23,124 nucleotides of DNA from Oligoflexia bacterium (GTDB lineage: Bacteria > Bdellovibrionota > Bdellovibrionia > JABDDW01): the NCBI GenBank assembly GCA_043732305.1, contig JAYTHU010000217.1, positions 1-23,124 of the forward strand. Direction: 5' to 3'. A program made the position numbers and the translations under genes. Positions 10,082 through 17,835 of the stretch are shown in pieces (the first letter of the stretch is position 1; every line of letters begins with the position of its first letter). A model generated the notes under the pieces. That model made no database searches. It was not told the DNA's origin and worked only from the letters and a program-made list of their open reading frames with translations.

Positions 10082-10998
10082 CGGCGGCCTCCACGGGCTT
10101 TACGAGCGGCAAAAAATCTAATCAATGGATCCACAAAATCTTGAGAGGTGTCCACATAGACCGTTCCGACCTGGCTTTTCCGTAAGCGATCATCTCTCTC
10201 GCGAGCGCGCTTTTTATAAAGTGTCTGATATGTTTTTTGAAAGTCACTCGATGAAGAATCAACCGTCACAATCTCACCGGATTCAGCGTCTTCAAAATCA
10301 ACTAATCCCAGTGGCGGGATCACTCTTTCTGTTTTATCTTCGACCACCACAGAAATCACATCATGGCGACGCGCTAGAAGTTTCAATGATTGCTCGAAGC
10401 CTTCGTTTAGAAAATCACTGAAAACAAAAATCGTCGCCCGCTTGCGCAGGATGTGACTCATGTGATCACAGGCAAGTTTAATATCTGTTTTGAGACTTCG
10501 CGGTTTGAAAAATAAAAGATCTCGCATAATGCGATGAATATGTGGTCGACCTTTTTTGGGCTTTACAAAATGTTCCACTTGATCAGAAAAAAGCAACAGA
10601 CCTACTCTGTCCCCATTTTTCTGGGCGGCAAAAGCAAGCACCGCGGCGAGCTGCACCAGCACCTCACCTTTGAGATATTTCTCACTGCCAAAAAGTCCCG
10701 AGCCACTCACATCGACCGCTAGAAAAAGTGTGAGCTCACGTTCTTCTTCATAGCGTTTCACAAACGGCTTGCCAGTCTTTGCAGTGAGATTCCAGCTGAT
10801 AGACCGAACGTCATCGCCGGGAACATATTCACGGAAATCGGAAAAAGTAAGCCCCAGACCCTTGAAGGCCGTGTGATATTCACCGGCAAAAAGGTTGTTC
10901 ACCATCTTGCGGGTTGAGATCTCAAGAAGTTTAACTTTCTTGAGAATTTCTGGCGGCAGCTTGGCCGGCAGTTTTGGTGGAAGCTTTTCTGGCAGCAT
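10078..10998 (-). CDS. DUF58 (vWA-like) protein, MoxR partner
   Basis: FSDFREYVPGDDVRSISWN, YEEEREL, VDVSGS, FSDF. Confidence 0.9.
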   Translation of the reverse strand: MLPEKLPPKLPAKLPPEILKKVKLLEISTRKMVNNLFAGEYHTAFKGLGLTFSDFREYVPGDDVRSISWNLTAKTGKPFVKRYEEERELTLFLAVDVSGSGLFGSEKYLKGEVLVQLAAVLAFAAQKNGDRVGLLLFSDQVEHFVKPKKGRPHIHRIMRDLLFFKPRSLKTDIKLACDHMSHILRKRATIFVFSDFLNEGFEQSLKLLARRHDVISVVVEDKTERVIPPLGLVDFEDAESGEIVTVDSSSSDFQKTYQTLYKKRARERDDRLRKSQVGTVYVDTSQDFVDPLIRFFAARKARGGRR

Positions 10999-11001
10999 TC
11001 G

Positions 11002-11991
11002 TTAAGGCACTTCAATTTTATTTAAAATTTCGCGGATAATACTATCCGATTTTATTTCTTCGGCTTCGGCTTCATAAGTCAAAAGTATGCGATGTCTCAT
11101 GACATCGTAAACAACGGCTTTCACATCTTCTGGTGTGACAAACCCTCGGCCGCGAATGAACGCATGAGCTTTGGCACTCTTAGTGAGGTTGATTGTGGCA
11201 CGCGGTGATCCCCCGACGGCCACCAATCCCGCAACCGAATCCAATCCGTATTCTTTCGGGTTGCGGCTGGCCATGACAATTTCAATAATGTAGTGCTTCA
11301 CTTTTTCGTCGATATAAATTGATTTCACTAAATCTCTAGCATGGCGCAAACTTTCCTGAGTGATAACTTTACGAACTTCTGGCATTTCCAAACCCGTCAT
11401 GCGGGTGAGGATTTCTCCCTCTTCAACTTTAGTCGGATAAGTAACCAAAACTTTGAACATGAAACGGTCGAGTTGCGCTTCAGGAAGCGCGTACGTGCCT
11501 TCTTGCTCAAGAGGATTTTGCGTCGCCAAAACTAAAAATGGATTTGCTAGCTTGTGAGTCTCGTCCCCGATTGTCACTTGTTTCTCGGCCATTGCTTCAA
11601 GCAGCGCTGATTGAACTTTTGCCGGCGCGCGGTTGATTTCGTCTGCTAAAAGAATGTTTGTAAAGATCGGACCTTTTTTAACAGCAAAATCTCCCGATTT
11701 TTGATTAAAAATCATGGTGCCCACAAGATCAGAAGGCAAAAGATCGGGAGTGAACTGGACTCGCGAAAATTGTAAATCCACGCAGTCACTGACAGTTCGA
11801 ATTGTCAAAGTTTTAGCTAATCCGGGCACACCCTCCAGCAAAATATGACCATCTGTGAGAAGCCCCATCAAAATTCTCTCGAGCATATGGCGTTGCCCGA
11901 CAACCACTTTCCCCGCTTCCGCTAAAATAAGCGGAACAAATTGACTTTCTTTTTTGATCTGCTCGTTAAGCTGAGCGATGTCGACACTCAT
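11002..11991 (-). CDS. moxR: MoxR-family AAA+ ATPase
   Basis: Walker A GVPGLAKT, RVQFTPDLLPSD, Walker B LADEINRAPAKVQSALLEAM, ATQNPLEQEGTY; RBS AGGAG upstream. Confidence 0.95.
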   Translation of the reverse strand: MSVDIAQLNEQIKKESQFVPLILAEAGKVVVGQRHMLERILMGLLTDGHILLEGVPGLAKTLTIRTVSDCVDLQFSRVQFTPDLLPSDLVGTMIFNQKSGDFAVKKGPIFTNILLADEINRAPAKVQSALLEAMAEKQVTIGDETHKLANPFLVLATQNPLEQEGTYALPEAQLDRFMFKVLVTYPTKVEEGEILTRMTGLEMPEVRKVITQESLRHARDLVKSIYIDEKVKHYIIEIVMASRNPKEYGLDSVAGLVAVGGSPRATINLTKSAKAHAFIRGRGFVTPEDVKAVVYDVMRHRILLTYEAEAEEIKSDSIIREILNKIEVP

Positions 11992-12034
11992 GATTTCATT
12001 CTCCTAGAAAAAGTGATTGTATTTGTGCAACATT

Positions 12035-12063
12035 ATTATCTGTATAGGTGCGCCGAGTTTCAA
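12035..12063 (-). promoter_or_regulatory. Putative sigma70 promoter of the moxR-bat operon
   Basis: Minus strand TTGAAA-N17-GATAAT, 43 nt upstream of the moxR ATG. Confidence 0.5.
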
Positions 12064-12108
12064 GAGACTTTTTTCAACTACGCGGAGCGCAAAGCACTCT
12101 AAAGCAAA

Positions 12109-12137
12109 TTGACATTGTGATGAAACTTTACGAAACT
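12109..12137 (+). promoter_or_regulatory. Putative sigma70 promoter of htpX, possibly giving a leaderless mRNA
   Basis: TTGACA-N17-GAAACT, then 7 nt to ATG 12145 with no Shine-Dalgarno. Confidence 0.45.
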
Positions 12138-12144
12138 TGATTCC

Positions 12145-12993
12145 ATGCCTACTCAAATGCTCAAAACATTGCTTTTTCTCGGACTTCTCACTGTGCTCAT
12201 TTTGTTTCTCGGCGAATCAATTGGCGGTAGACAAGGCTTACTTCTCAGTTTTGTGATCGCCCTCGGAATAAACTTCATGAGTTATTTTTATAGCGATGGT
12301 TTGATGCTTTGGACCTACGGTGCCCGCAAATTAGAAGGCGCTGACAGTTATAAACTAAATCAGCTCGTGGATCAGGTAGCTAAGAAAGCAGAGATTCCTT
12401 CGCCAAGAATTTATCTCATCCCCACTGACACTCTAAATGCATTTGCAATCGGCCGCTCACCCAGGTCAGCAAGCATTGTTCTCACTCAAGGACTTTTAAA
12501 ACTATTGAGTAAAGACGAACTAGAAGCCGTCGTGGCTCACGAAATTGGTCACGTCCAACGCTTCAACACCTTTCTAATGATGACTGCGGCCATGCTGGGA
12601 TCGCTCATCATGTTTGTCTCGCAGTTTTTAAAGTGGGTTGTCTCTTTCGGCCAAACAGATAAAATGAGAAAAGAATTTAGTTCCGCTGTGAGTGCATTTT
12701 TAAATGTGCTCGTTGCCCCGTTTGCAGCTGTCATAATTCAGCTGGCGGTCAGTAAAAACCGTATGTACTTGGCGGATCAGACAGCAGTCGAACTCACAGG
12801 GAAACCGCAGGCCCTGGCCAGTGCGCTTTGGAAAATTCATAATTACTCACTAGCACTTCCAATGCCCGCTACCGAAGCCACATCACATATGTTTATTATA
12901 AATCCACTAAACAACAAAGGTTGGGCGAGAATTTTTTCAACCCACCCTCCCATTGAAACTCGAATCAAAAAACTTATAGGAAGAACTTTATGA
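12145..12993 (+). CDS. htpX: HtpX-family (M48) membrane zinc metalloprotease homolog
   Basis: NAFAIGRSP, ELEAVVAHEIGH (HExxH), ALASALWKI, FSTHPPIETRI. The usual third Zn-ligand Glu appears to be replaced by Met. Confidence 0.88.
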   Translation: MPTQMLKTLLFLGLLTVLILFLGESIGGRQGLLLSFVIALGINFMSYFYSDGLMLWTYGARKLEGADSYKLNQLVDQVAKKAEIPSPRIYLIPTDTLNAFAIGRSPRSASIVLTQGLLKLLSKDELEAVVAHEIGHVQRFNTFLMMTAAMLGSLIMFVSQFLKWVVSFGQTDKMRKEFSSAVSAFLNVLVAPFAAVIIQLAVSKNRMYLADQTAVELTGKPQALASALWKIHNYSLALPMPATEATSHMFIINPLNNKGWARIFSTHPPIETRIKKLIGRTL

Positions 12994-13277
12994 CATCCAA
13001 AAATGAAACTGCCAACACCAATGATTCCCGAATGGAAGCGTCTTTTATCACTCTCGCAATGTCCATCGCTTCGGCGGCCGCCATGGCTTTAGGATTAGCA
13101 CCTGATCCTCAAACCGGAAAAACTGTAGTGGACACCCACATGGCCCGGTTCAATATCGATTTGCTCGAAATCTTAGATAAAAAAACCAAAGGAAATCTTG
13201 AAAAGGAAGAAGCTGATTTTATGAAGCTTGTTTTGAAAGATTTAAGACTCAAGTATGTGGAGATCACAAAAAAATGA
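12990..13277 (+). CDS. DUF1844 domain protein
   Basis: AAMALGLAPDP, ARFNIDLLEILDKKTKGNL, LRLKYVE; 4-nt overlaps with neighbours. Confidence 0.85.
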   Translation: MTSKNETANTNDSRMEASFITLAMSIASAAAMALGLAPDPQTGKTVVDTHMARFNIDLLEILDKKTKGNLEKEEADFMKLVLKDLRLKYVEITKK

Positions 13278-14728
13278 AAATATTTTTGATTGCCGGGTTT
13301 ATATCCTCAATTTTATCGGGAACCGCTTTTGGCGATTTGGAACACACGTTCATCGAGTTAGGAAAAAAAGCGAACCCCGCGGTAGTCAACATTTTTACAA
13401 CACAAGTCATTAAAAATCCCTATGGAGCCCAAGGCGGTGGATTTTCTGGCCGAAACGGCCAACAGCAAATGCCGATGGACCCTCTTCAAGAATTCATGGA
13501 GCAATTCATGGGTGGCGGAATGGGCATGGCCCCTCCACAAGAACAAAGGGCAATGAGTTTAGGTTCTGGTTTTATAATCGATGAAACGGGACTTATTCTT
13601 ACTAACAATCACGTCATTCAAAACGCGACAGAGATCGCTGTGCAATTGACAGAAAAATCTAAGAAAACATTTATTGCCAAAGTTATTGGTAAAGACGAAC
13701 GCACAGACATCGCGGTGATCAAAATTAATTATCCCGGCAAGTTAGAAGTTCTTCCGCTCGGAGATTCGAACAAAGTGGAAGTCGGACAATGGGTTGCTGC
13801 TTTTGGAAATCCGTTTGGACACGGTCACACCATGACTAAGGGAATTATTTCTGCCAAAGAGCGTGATGTTGATATTGAAAATGCTCCACAGTTTCCTTTT
13901 CTGCAGACAGATGCCAGCATAAATCCTGGAAACAGTGGCGGACCTCTGGTGAATCTTGCGGGTGAAGTCGTTGGAGTTAATGCGGCCATAGACGCGCGTG
14001 CGCAAGGAATTGGCTTTGCTATTCCAATCAATGCGGTCAAAAAAATTCTTCCCGATTTAAAATCTAAAGGAAAAATCACTCGTGGATTTTTAGGCGTCAC
14101 AATTGCGGATGTAGACGAAAAAACCGCCAAAGAATTTCACATCAAGGGAGAAAAGGGCGCCTTTGTCACAGGCATTGCGGCCGGCTCCCCCGCAGAAGTT
14201 GCGGGCATTCAACCATACGACGCCATTATTATATTCAACGGTAAAGAAGTTGAAAACGCACGCCAACTTATGAATTCAGTTTCCGACACCAAGACTGGCG
14301 ATGTGGCTACGGCGCAAGTTGTGAGAAATGGCAAAATCGTAAAGCTCACAATTAAAATTGCAGAAAAAAGCGAAGGCGGATTAATTGCTGCCTCAGCAAA
14401 ACAACGTCAGCGTCCAAAGGGTTATCGTGTTCAAAATGTTGGTGTAGAAATCATGGATATGAACCCGGCCATTGCGCGCGAACTCAATCTGCCCCCATTG
14501 ATTAAAAGAGGCGTCGTGATCATTGATATTGAGCAAGGAAGCCTCGCCGAGCAGGCGGGTTTGCATCCCGGAGACATCATCCTAGACATCAATAAGACCC
14601 CTGTGACTAGCGCAAGCGATGCCATAAAGGTTTTCCAGAAAGATTTTAAAAAGGGCTCGGGAGGCATGAGGAACCTGCGTGTAATGCGGGGCGCAAACAC
14701 CATGGTCGTTTTCATGGAGATAGATTGA
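13274..14728 (+). CDS. degP: DegP/DegQ (HtrA, Do family) periplasmic serine protease with two PDZ domains
   Basis: Signal peptide, SLGSGFII, TNNHVI (His), TDIAVIKI (Asp), INPGNSGGPL (Ser), two PDZ-like C-terminal domains. Confidence 0.93.
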   Translation: MKIFLIAGFISSILSGTAFGDLEHTFIELGKKANPAVVNIFTTQVIKNPYGAQGGGFSGRNGQQQMPMDPLQEFMEQFMGGGMGMAPPQEQRAMSLGSGFIIDETGLILTNNHVIQNATEIAVQLTEKSKKTFIAKVIGKDERTDIAVIKINYPGKLEVLPLGDSNKVEVGQWVAAFGNPFGHGHTMTKGIISAKERDVDIENAPQFPFLQTDASINPGNSGGPLVNLAGEVVGVNAAIDARAQGIGFAIPINAVKKILPDLKSKGKITRGFLGVTIADVDEKTAKEFHIKGEKGAFVTGIAAGSPAEVAGIQPYDAIIIFNGKEVENARQLMNSVSDTKTGDVATAQVVRNGKIVKLTIKIAEKSEGGLIAASAKQRQRPKGYRVQNVGVEIMDMNPAIARELNLPPLIKRGVVIIDIEQGSLAEQAGLHPGDIILDINKTPVTSASDAIKVFQKDFKKGSGGMRNLRVMRGANTMVVFMEID

Positions 14729-14753
14729 CAATTATAATATGATGCGTTAAACT
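14725..14753 (+). promoter_or_regulatory. Putative sigma70 promoter for spoVG/tRNA-Gln
   Basis: TTGACA-N17-TAAACT overlapping the degP stop codon; GGGAG RBS before the spoVG ATG. Confidence 0.6.
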
Positions 14754-14787
14754 CATCTGAGCTCGCAGCAGCTAGGGAGTATGCAAC

Positions 14788-15126
14788 ATGATTATCACAG
14801 AAGTTAAAGTTTTTGCGCTCAACGAAGAACGCCTCAAAGCCTATGTCACCATCACTATCGACAACTGCTTCGTGATTCGTGATCTCAAAATCATCAACGG
14901 AAATAATGGTCTTTTTGTCGCGATGCCCAGCAAGAAACGCAAGGACGGACAATTCAAAGACATCGCCCATCCCTTAAATAATGAAACAAGAGAACACATT
15001 GAAAACAAGGTTTTTGAAGTGTACGAAATCGAATTAAAGAAAATGGGACAAACTCTTGATCAATTGACTATTGCAAAAAGTCCCGGTCCTAGCTATGACT
15101 CAGGTGACGATGATGGGCGCTTGTAG
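14788..15126 (+). CDS. spoVG: SpoVG-family nucleic-acid-binding regulator
   Basis: [51 protein letters not shown]. Confidence 0.95.
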   Translation: MIITEVKVFALNEERLKAYVTITIDNCFVIRDLKIINGNNGLFVAMPSKKRKDGQFKDIAHPLNNETREHIENKVFEVYEIELKKMGQTLDQLTIAKSPGPSYDSGDDDGRL

Positions 15127-15198
15127 AACTGCATTTTAGTTTCACATCCGAACTTTTTCGTTTATCGTTACATTCTGACTTAGTTTTAGGTTTTACAT

Positions 15199-15273
15199 TG
15201 GGGTGTCGCCAAGTGGTAAGGCAACGGATTTTGATTCCGTCATCCGAAGGTTCGATCCCTTCCACCCCATCCA
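15199..15273 (+). tRNA. tRNA-Gln (anticodon UUG) with encoded CCA
   Basis: Acceptor stem TGGGGTG/CACCCCA, D-arm GCCAAGTGGTAAGGC, anticodon arm ACGGA-TT-TTG-AT-TCCGT, T-arm GAAGG-TTCGATC-CCTTC, 3' TCCA. Confidence 0.97.
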
Positions 15274-15390
15274 ATCTTCCTTCACAGTCGAATCCAAATC
15301 CGTAGAATAACTCCGGCACTATTTTGAATTTCAGTTTGCGCTTATCGCCGACGGAAACAAGCTTGGAACTCAACTTCTATGGAGATCTAT

Positions 15391-15576
15391 ATGGAAAAGA
15401 TAATTGATGGTGTTTTGGCGTTGGTATCGGTGGCATTAATTGCCTTCGCCGGGAAATATACGCTCCATCAAGTATTAGATTGGAGTCGCCATGCGGCTCT
15501 AGAAAAGGCGGCCCAGGGCCTTTGCAAGCTTGAGCCCTCTACTCAGCAAATGACAGATGGAAAATTGGATTTTTGA
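15391..15576 (+). CDS. Small hypothetical protein with N-terminal TM segment (61 aa)
   Basis: GGAG RBS before ATG 15391; hydrophobic N-terminus followed by an amphipathic helix (AALEKAAQGL). Confidence 0.6.
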   Translation: MEKIIDGVLALVSVALIAFAGKYTLHQVLDWSRHAALEKAAQGLCKLEPSTQQMTDGKLDF

Positions 15577-15616
15577 AAATCTGCGCTTTTAAAGGGATAA
15601 AAAACTATTTGGAATT

Positions 15617-15660
15617 GCGGGCAATTCTTTCCTGGTCCTATTCAAGAATGGCCAATATTT
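15617..15660 (+). repeat. Partial/degenerate terminal copy (site 0) of the cassette-boundary repeat
   Basis: Shares AATGGCCAATAT (15647-15658) with the right end of the repeat. The left part GGCAATTCT is an imperfect inverted repeat of AGAATGGCC. The right-arm motif TTATTT sits at 15690, the same 35-nt offset as in full copies. Confidence 0.65.
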
Positions 15661-15720
15661 CGCTTCTGCTGTGGGCTCCGAGCTGACTCTTATTTCGCGT
15701 AAAGTATTGTCTAATTTGCT

Positions 15721-16995
15721 CTACTTCATGGGCCGTAGTCTTACGGCTTGTTCGATAGTTTTATCGTAATCCCGCTCAAAGCAAAAATTGACGTCTTTTG
15801 AGTTGGATTGCAAAACCATGCTGCCATCTTTATCTAAGCCTATCGTGAATAGATAAACGGGTTTTTGGGTTCTGTATTCTTGACCGTGAGTTGCGTGGCT
15901 AGAAACACCAACTTCATAGACATCACAGCCTTTTTTATCTTTTCTACTTTTTATCGTTTGCGCAGTGTATTCTTTTCCTCCGGCCCCGTCTGAATCCTCG
16001 CCCGAGTTAAACCAATATTCGTACCCTTGACCTGTATCGGATCCACGATAGCCCCAAATAAAGGCGAGTTCTTTATCAATTGTACCGGGAATGCGAAGGT
16101 TACTATTTCCCGTTTTGAAGCCAAATTTAATTCCGGGAGGTGACGTAGAAAGCGCAAAGTCGTTCTTTGGGTCATGGCAAACAACATCAGACGCTTTCCA
16201 GCTACCGACAAATTGTTCTGGATTGCAGGAATTCATTACGGGCATAGCCAGAGACTCGTATTTTTTCTTGAAATCAATTGGAGCTATCATTTCTTGTGAA
16301 ACAACGCATTTTACACGACTAGGGATGTGTACAGCTTTGCCGCCATCGCTATTGCTGAGATAAGGATTTCTGGATTGTTCGCCAGGCCCATACAGGTCGA
16401 ATATATTGCTATAGTAAGCGCCGAAGGAATATGCGTCGCTATCGCTTAGGAAGTTTATATGGGTCAGGTACTTTTCAAAAAGACAGTTGTCGTCTAGAGG
16501 ACCTTCGGAGTCTGTTCTACACCCGGGAGCAGGGAGTTGAGGGTCTAAAATTTTTGCAGCCGCATCCGATTCGTATTTACCGTTTTTATTGACAAATAAT
16601 TTCGCCAAATTTCGATACTCAGCCAATGAAGGTAGGCGCGCCCCGATATTTTTGCAGATTTCATTGGCAGCCCACACGTGTTTTTTTTCGGAAATTAAGC
16701 GCGGATACATTAGCGGTGAGTCACGCATCACAGTCGAGGTCCACAGTAATCCGCTTTGATCTTGAAGCATCAGCCCGCGCTTAGGGTCATCAACTCTTTT
16801 TACAACTTCTCCACTGGGCGTTACAATTTTGTCATTGAGATTTATTTGGCCAGAAATATCTGAGGCCTCAGTGAAAAAAACCGTATAGTTGCCCGCGGAA
16901 CTTCCGTCTTTATGGGTTTCTAAAACGACTCTAGCAAAGGCGGTAGATGCCAAACAAAGCGACACTGCGCTCAAAATTGTAATCAACGATTTCAT
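15721..16995 (-). CDS. Secreted hypothetical protein with a possible C-type-lectin-like/DUF1566-like segment (cassette 1)
   Basis: 424 aa, signal peptide (ASTAFA), AGGAG RBS; motifs GLLWTS and ANEICKNIGARLPSLAEY; several Cys. Confidence 0.75.
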   Translation of the reverse strand: MKSLITILSAVSLCLASTAFARVVLETHKDGSSAGNYTVFFTEASDISGQINLNDKIVTPSGEVVKRVDDPKRGLMLQDQSGLLWTSTVMRDSPLMYPRLISEKKHVWAANEICKNIGARLPSLAEYRNLAKLFVNKNGKYESDAAAKILDPQLPAPGCRTDSEGPLDDNCLFEKYLTHINFLSDSDAYSFGAYYSNIFDLYGPGEQSRNPYLSNSDGGKAVHIPSRVKCVVSQEMIAPIDFKKKYESLAMPVMNSCNPEQFVGSWKASDVVCHDPKNDFALSTSPPGIKFGFKTGNSNLRIPGTIDKELAFIWGYRGSDTGQGYEYWFNSGEDSDGAGGKEYTAQTIKSRKDKKGCDVYEVGVSSHATHGQEYRTQKPVYLFTIGLDKDGSMVLQSNSKDVNFCFERDYDKTIEQAVRLRPMK

Positions 16996-17135
16996 TAGAA
17001 CTCCTAAAATTGATTTGACATCTACTTTTTATATCAAGCTTTAAGCAATGCAAAAGCTAGGTGCCAAACGCCGGTGCAAGCGTCCCGCCTAGTAGAAATA
17101 ACCGCAGTCCTTAGGAACTAGCCCGTATGTTTAAG

Positions 17136-17187
17136 AAGTGCCATTCTCAGCTGTGATTCTCAAGGCGTTAACGAAAATTAATGGCCA
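17136..17187 (+). repeat. Cassette-boundary repeat copy 1 (52 bp)
   Basis: AAGTGCCATTCTCAGCTGTGATTCTCAAGGCGTTAACGAAAATTAATGGCCA, identical to the consensus of the four copies. Confidence 0.97.
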
Positions 17188-17256
17188 TTATTTCGATTCG
17201 ATTTTCGGTTACGAGAATGTAATTATTCTGGAAAGGTCCGGTCAAGAATGTTCGAA

Positions 17257-17276
17257 GGCGCCGATCCATCGGCGCC
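17257..17276. terminator. GC-rich hairpin downstream of the 162-aa gene (possible terminator or part of the cassette-end structure)
   Basis: GGCGCCGAT-CC-ATCGGCGCC perfect inverted repeat; only a weak U-tract. Confidence 0.5.
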
Positions 17277-17289
17277 AATTTAAGTAGGG

Positions 17290-17778
17290 TTATCTGGCCA
17301 ATACAAACTGTATTCCCTCGCCACCCCTTAAAGTTCTATCATCATTTTCAAAAACGGTTTCTTCCCCATTGAACTGAAGAGTTCCGTCCGCCATTAAAAG
17401 TAATTTATAGAATTGGTGTGTGATAAGGCCTTTGTCGGGTCCACTCAGATACTTGTATTGAAGATTTACGTAATTATTTTTTAAAACACCGACCTTTATA
17501 CCATCTTTATCGTACAGATCGCCATTTTTAATAGACCATGCATTCCATCCGTCCCATCGCAACGTCCTTCCATGATCGCAAGTGGCATCTCCACGTATGG
17601 CAAATCCAGTTGTAGATTGCTCGATATTTAGATTTATATCACAGGTGTACTTTTCATGATAACCAGTGGTCCAAGGCCAAAAAGTACCTTTTCCTTTCCA
17701 AACCCCGGCAAAACTTTGAGCCTGCGCAGCTGTAGCCGTGAAAATACTAAAAACAAGAACAAAAGAAAAAAGTTTCAT
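17290..17778 (-). CDS. Secreted beta-rich hypothetical protein (cassette 2)
   Basis: 162 aa, signal peptide (AAQA), FAGVWKGKG N-terminal strand, AGGAGG RBS. Confidence 0.8.
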   Translation of the reverse strand: MKLFSFVLVFSIFTATAAQAQSFAGVWKGKGTFWPWTTGYHEKYTCDINLNIEQSTTGFAIRGDATCDHGRTLRWDGWNAWSIKNGDLYDKDGIKVGVLKNNYVNLQYKYLSGPDKGLITHQFYKLLLMADGTLQFNGEETVFENDDRTLRGGEGIQFVLAR

Positions 17779-17835
17779 TAAATTCCTCCTAAGTGATTTA
17801 AAATTTTCTCATTTGAAAGTATAAACTAGCTTCTA

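Noticed and set aside
10950..10998. LPxK micro-repeat at the DUF58 N-terminus (MLPEKLPPKLPAKLPPE)
   Set aside because: Short degenerate 12-nt duplication with no evidence of function.
3107..14970. Other short overlapping ORFs in the track (e.g. 8436-9071, 14431-14970)
   Set aside because: Antisense or out-of-frame shadows of well-supported genes.
15089..15373. 94-aa minus-strand ORF
   Set aside because: Antisense to tRNA-Gln and the end of spoVG; a shadow ORF.
17047..17066. Sigma54 promoter (minus strand TGGCAC...TTGC), and the TGGCAC inside the repeat
   Set aside because: GG-to-GC spacing is 12 nt rather than the required 10, and no repeat copy has GC at the -12 position.
17136..17187. 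Repeat as a duplicated gene end or short coding remnant (e.g. WPLIFVNALRITAENGT on the minus strand)
   Set aside because: No source gene in the window, flanking frames are inconsistent among copies, and copy 2 has a 2-nt deletion.
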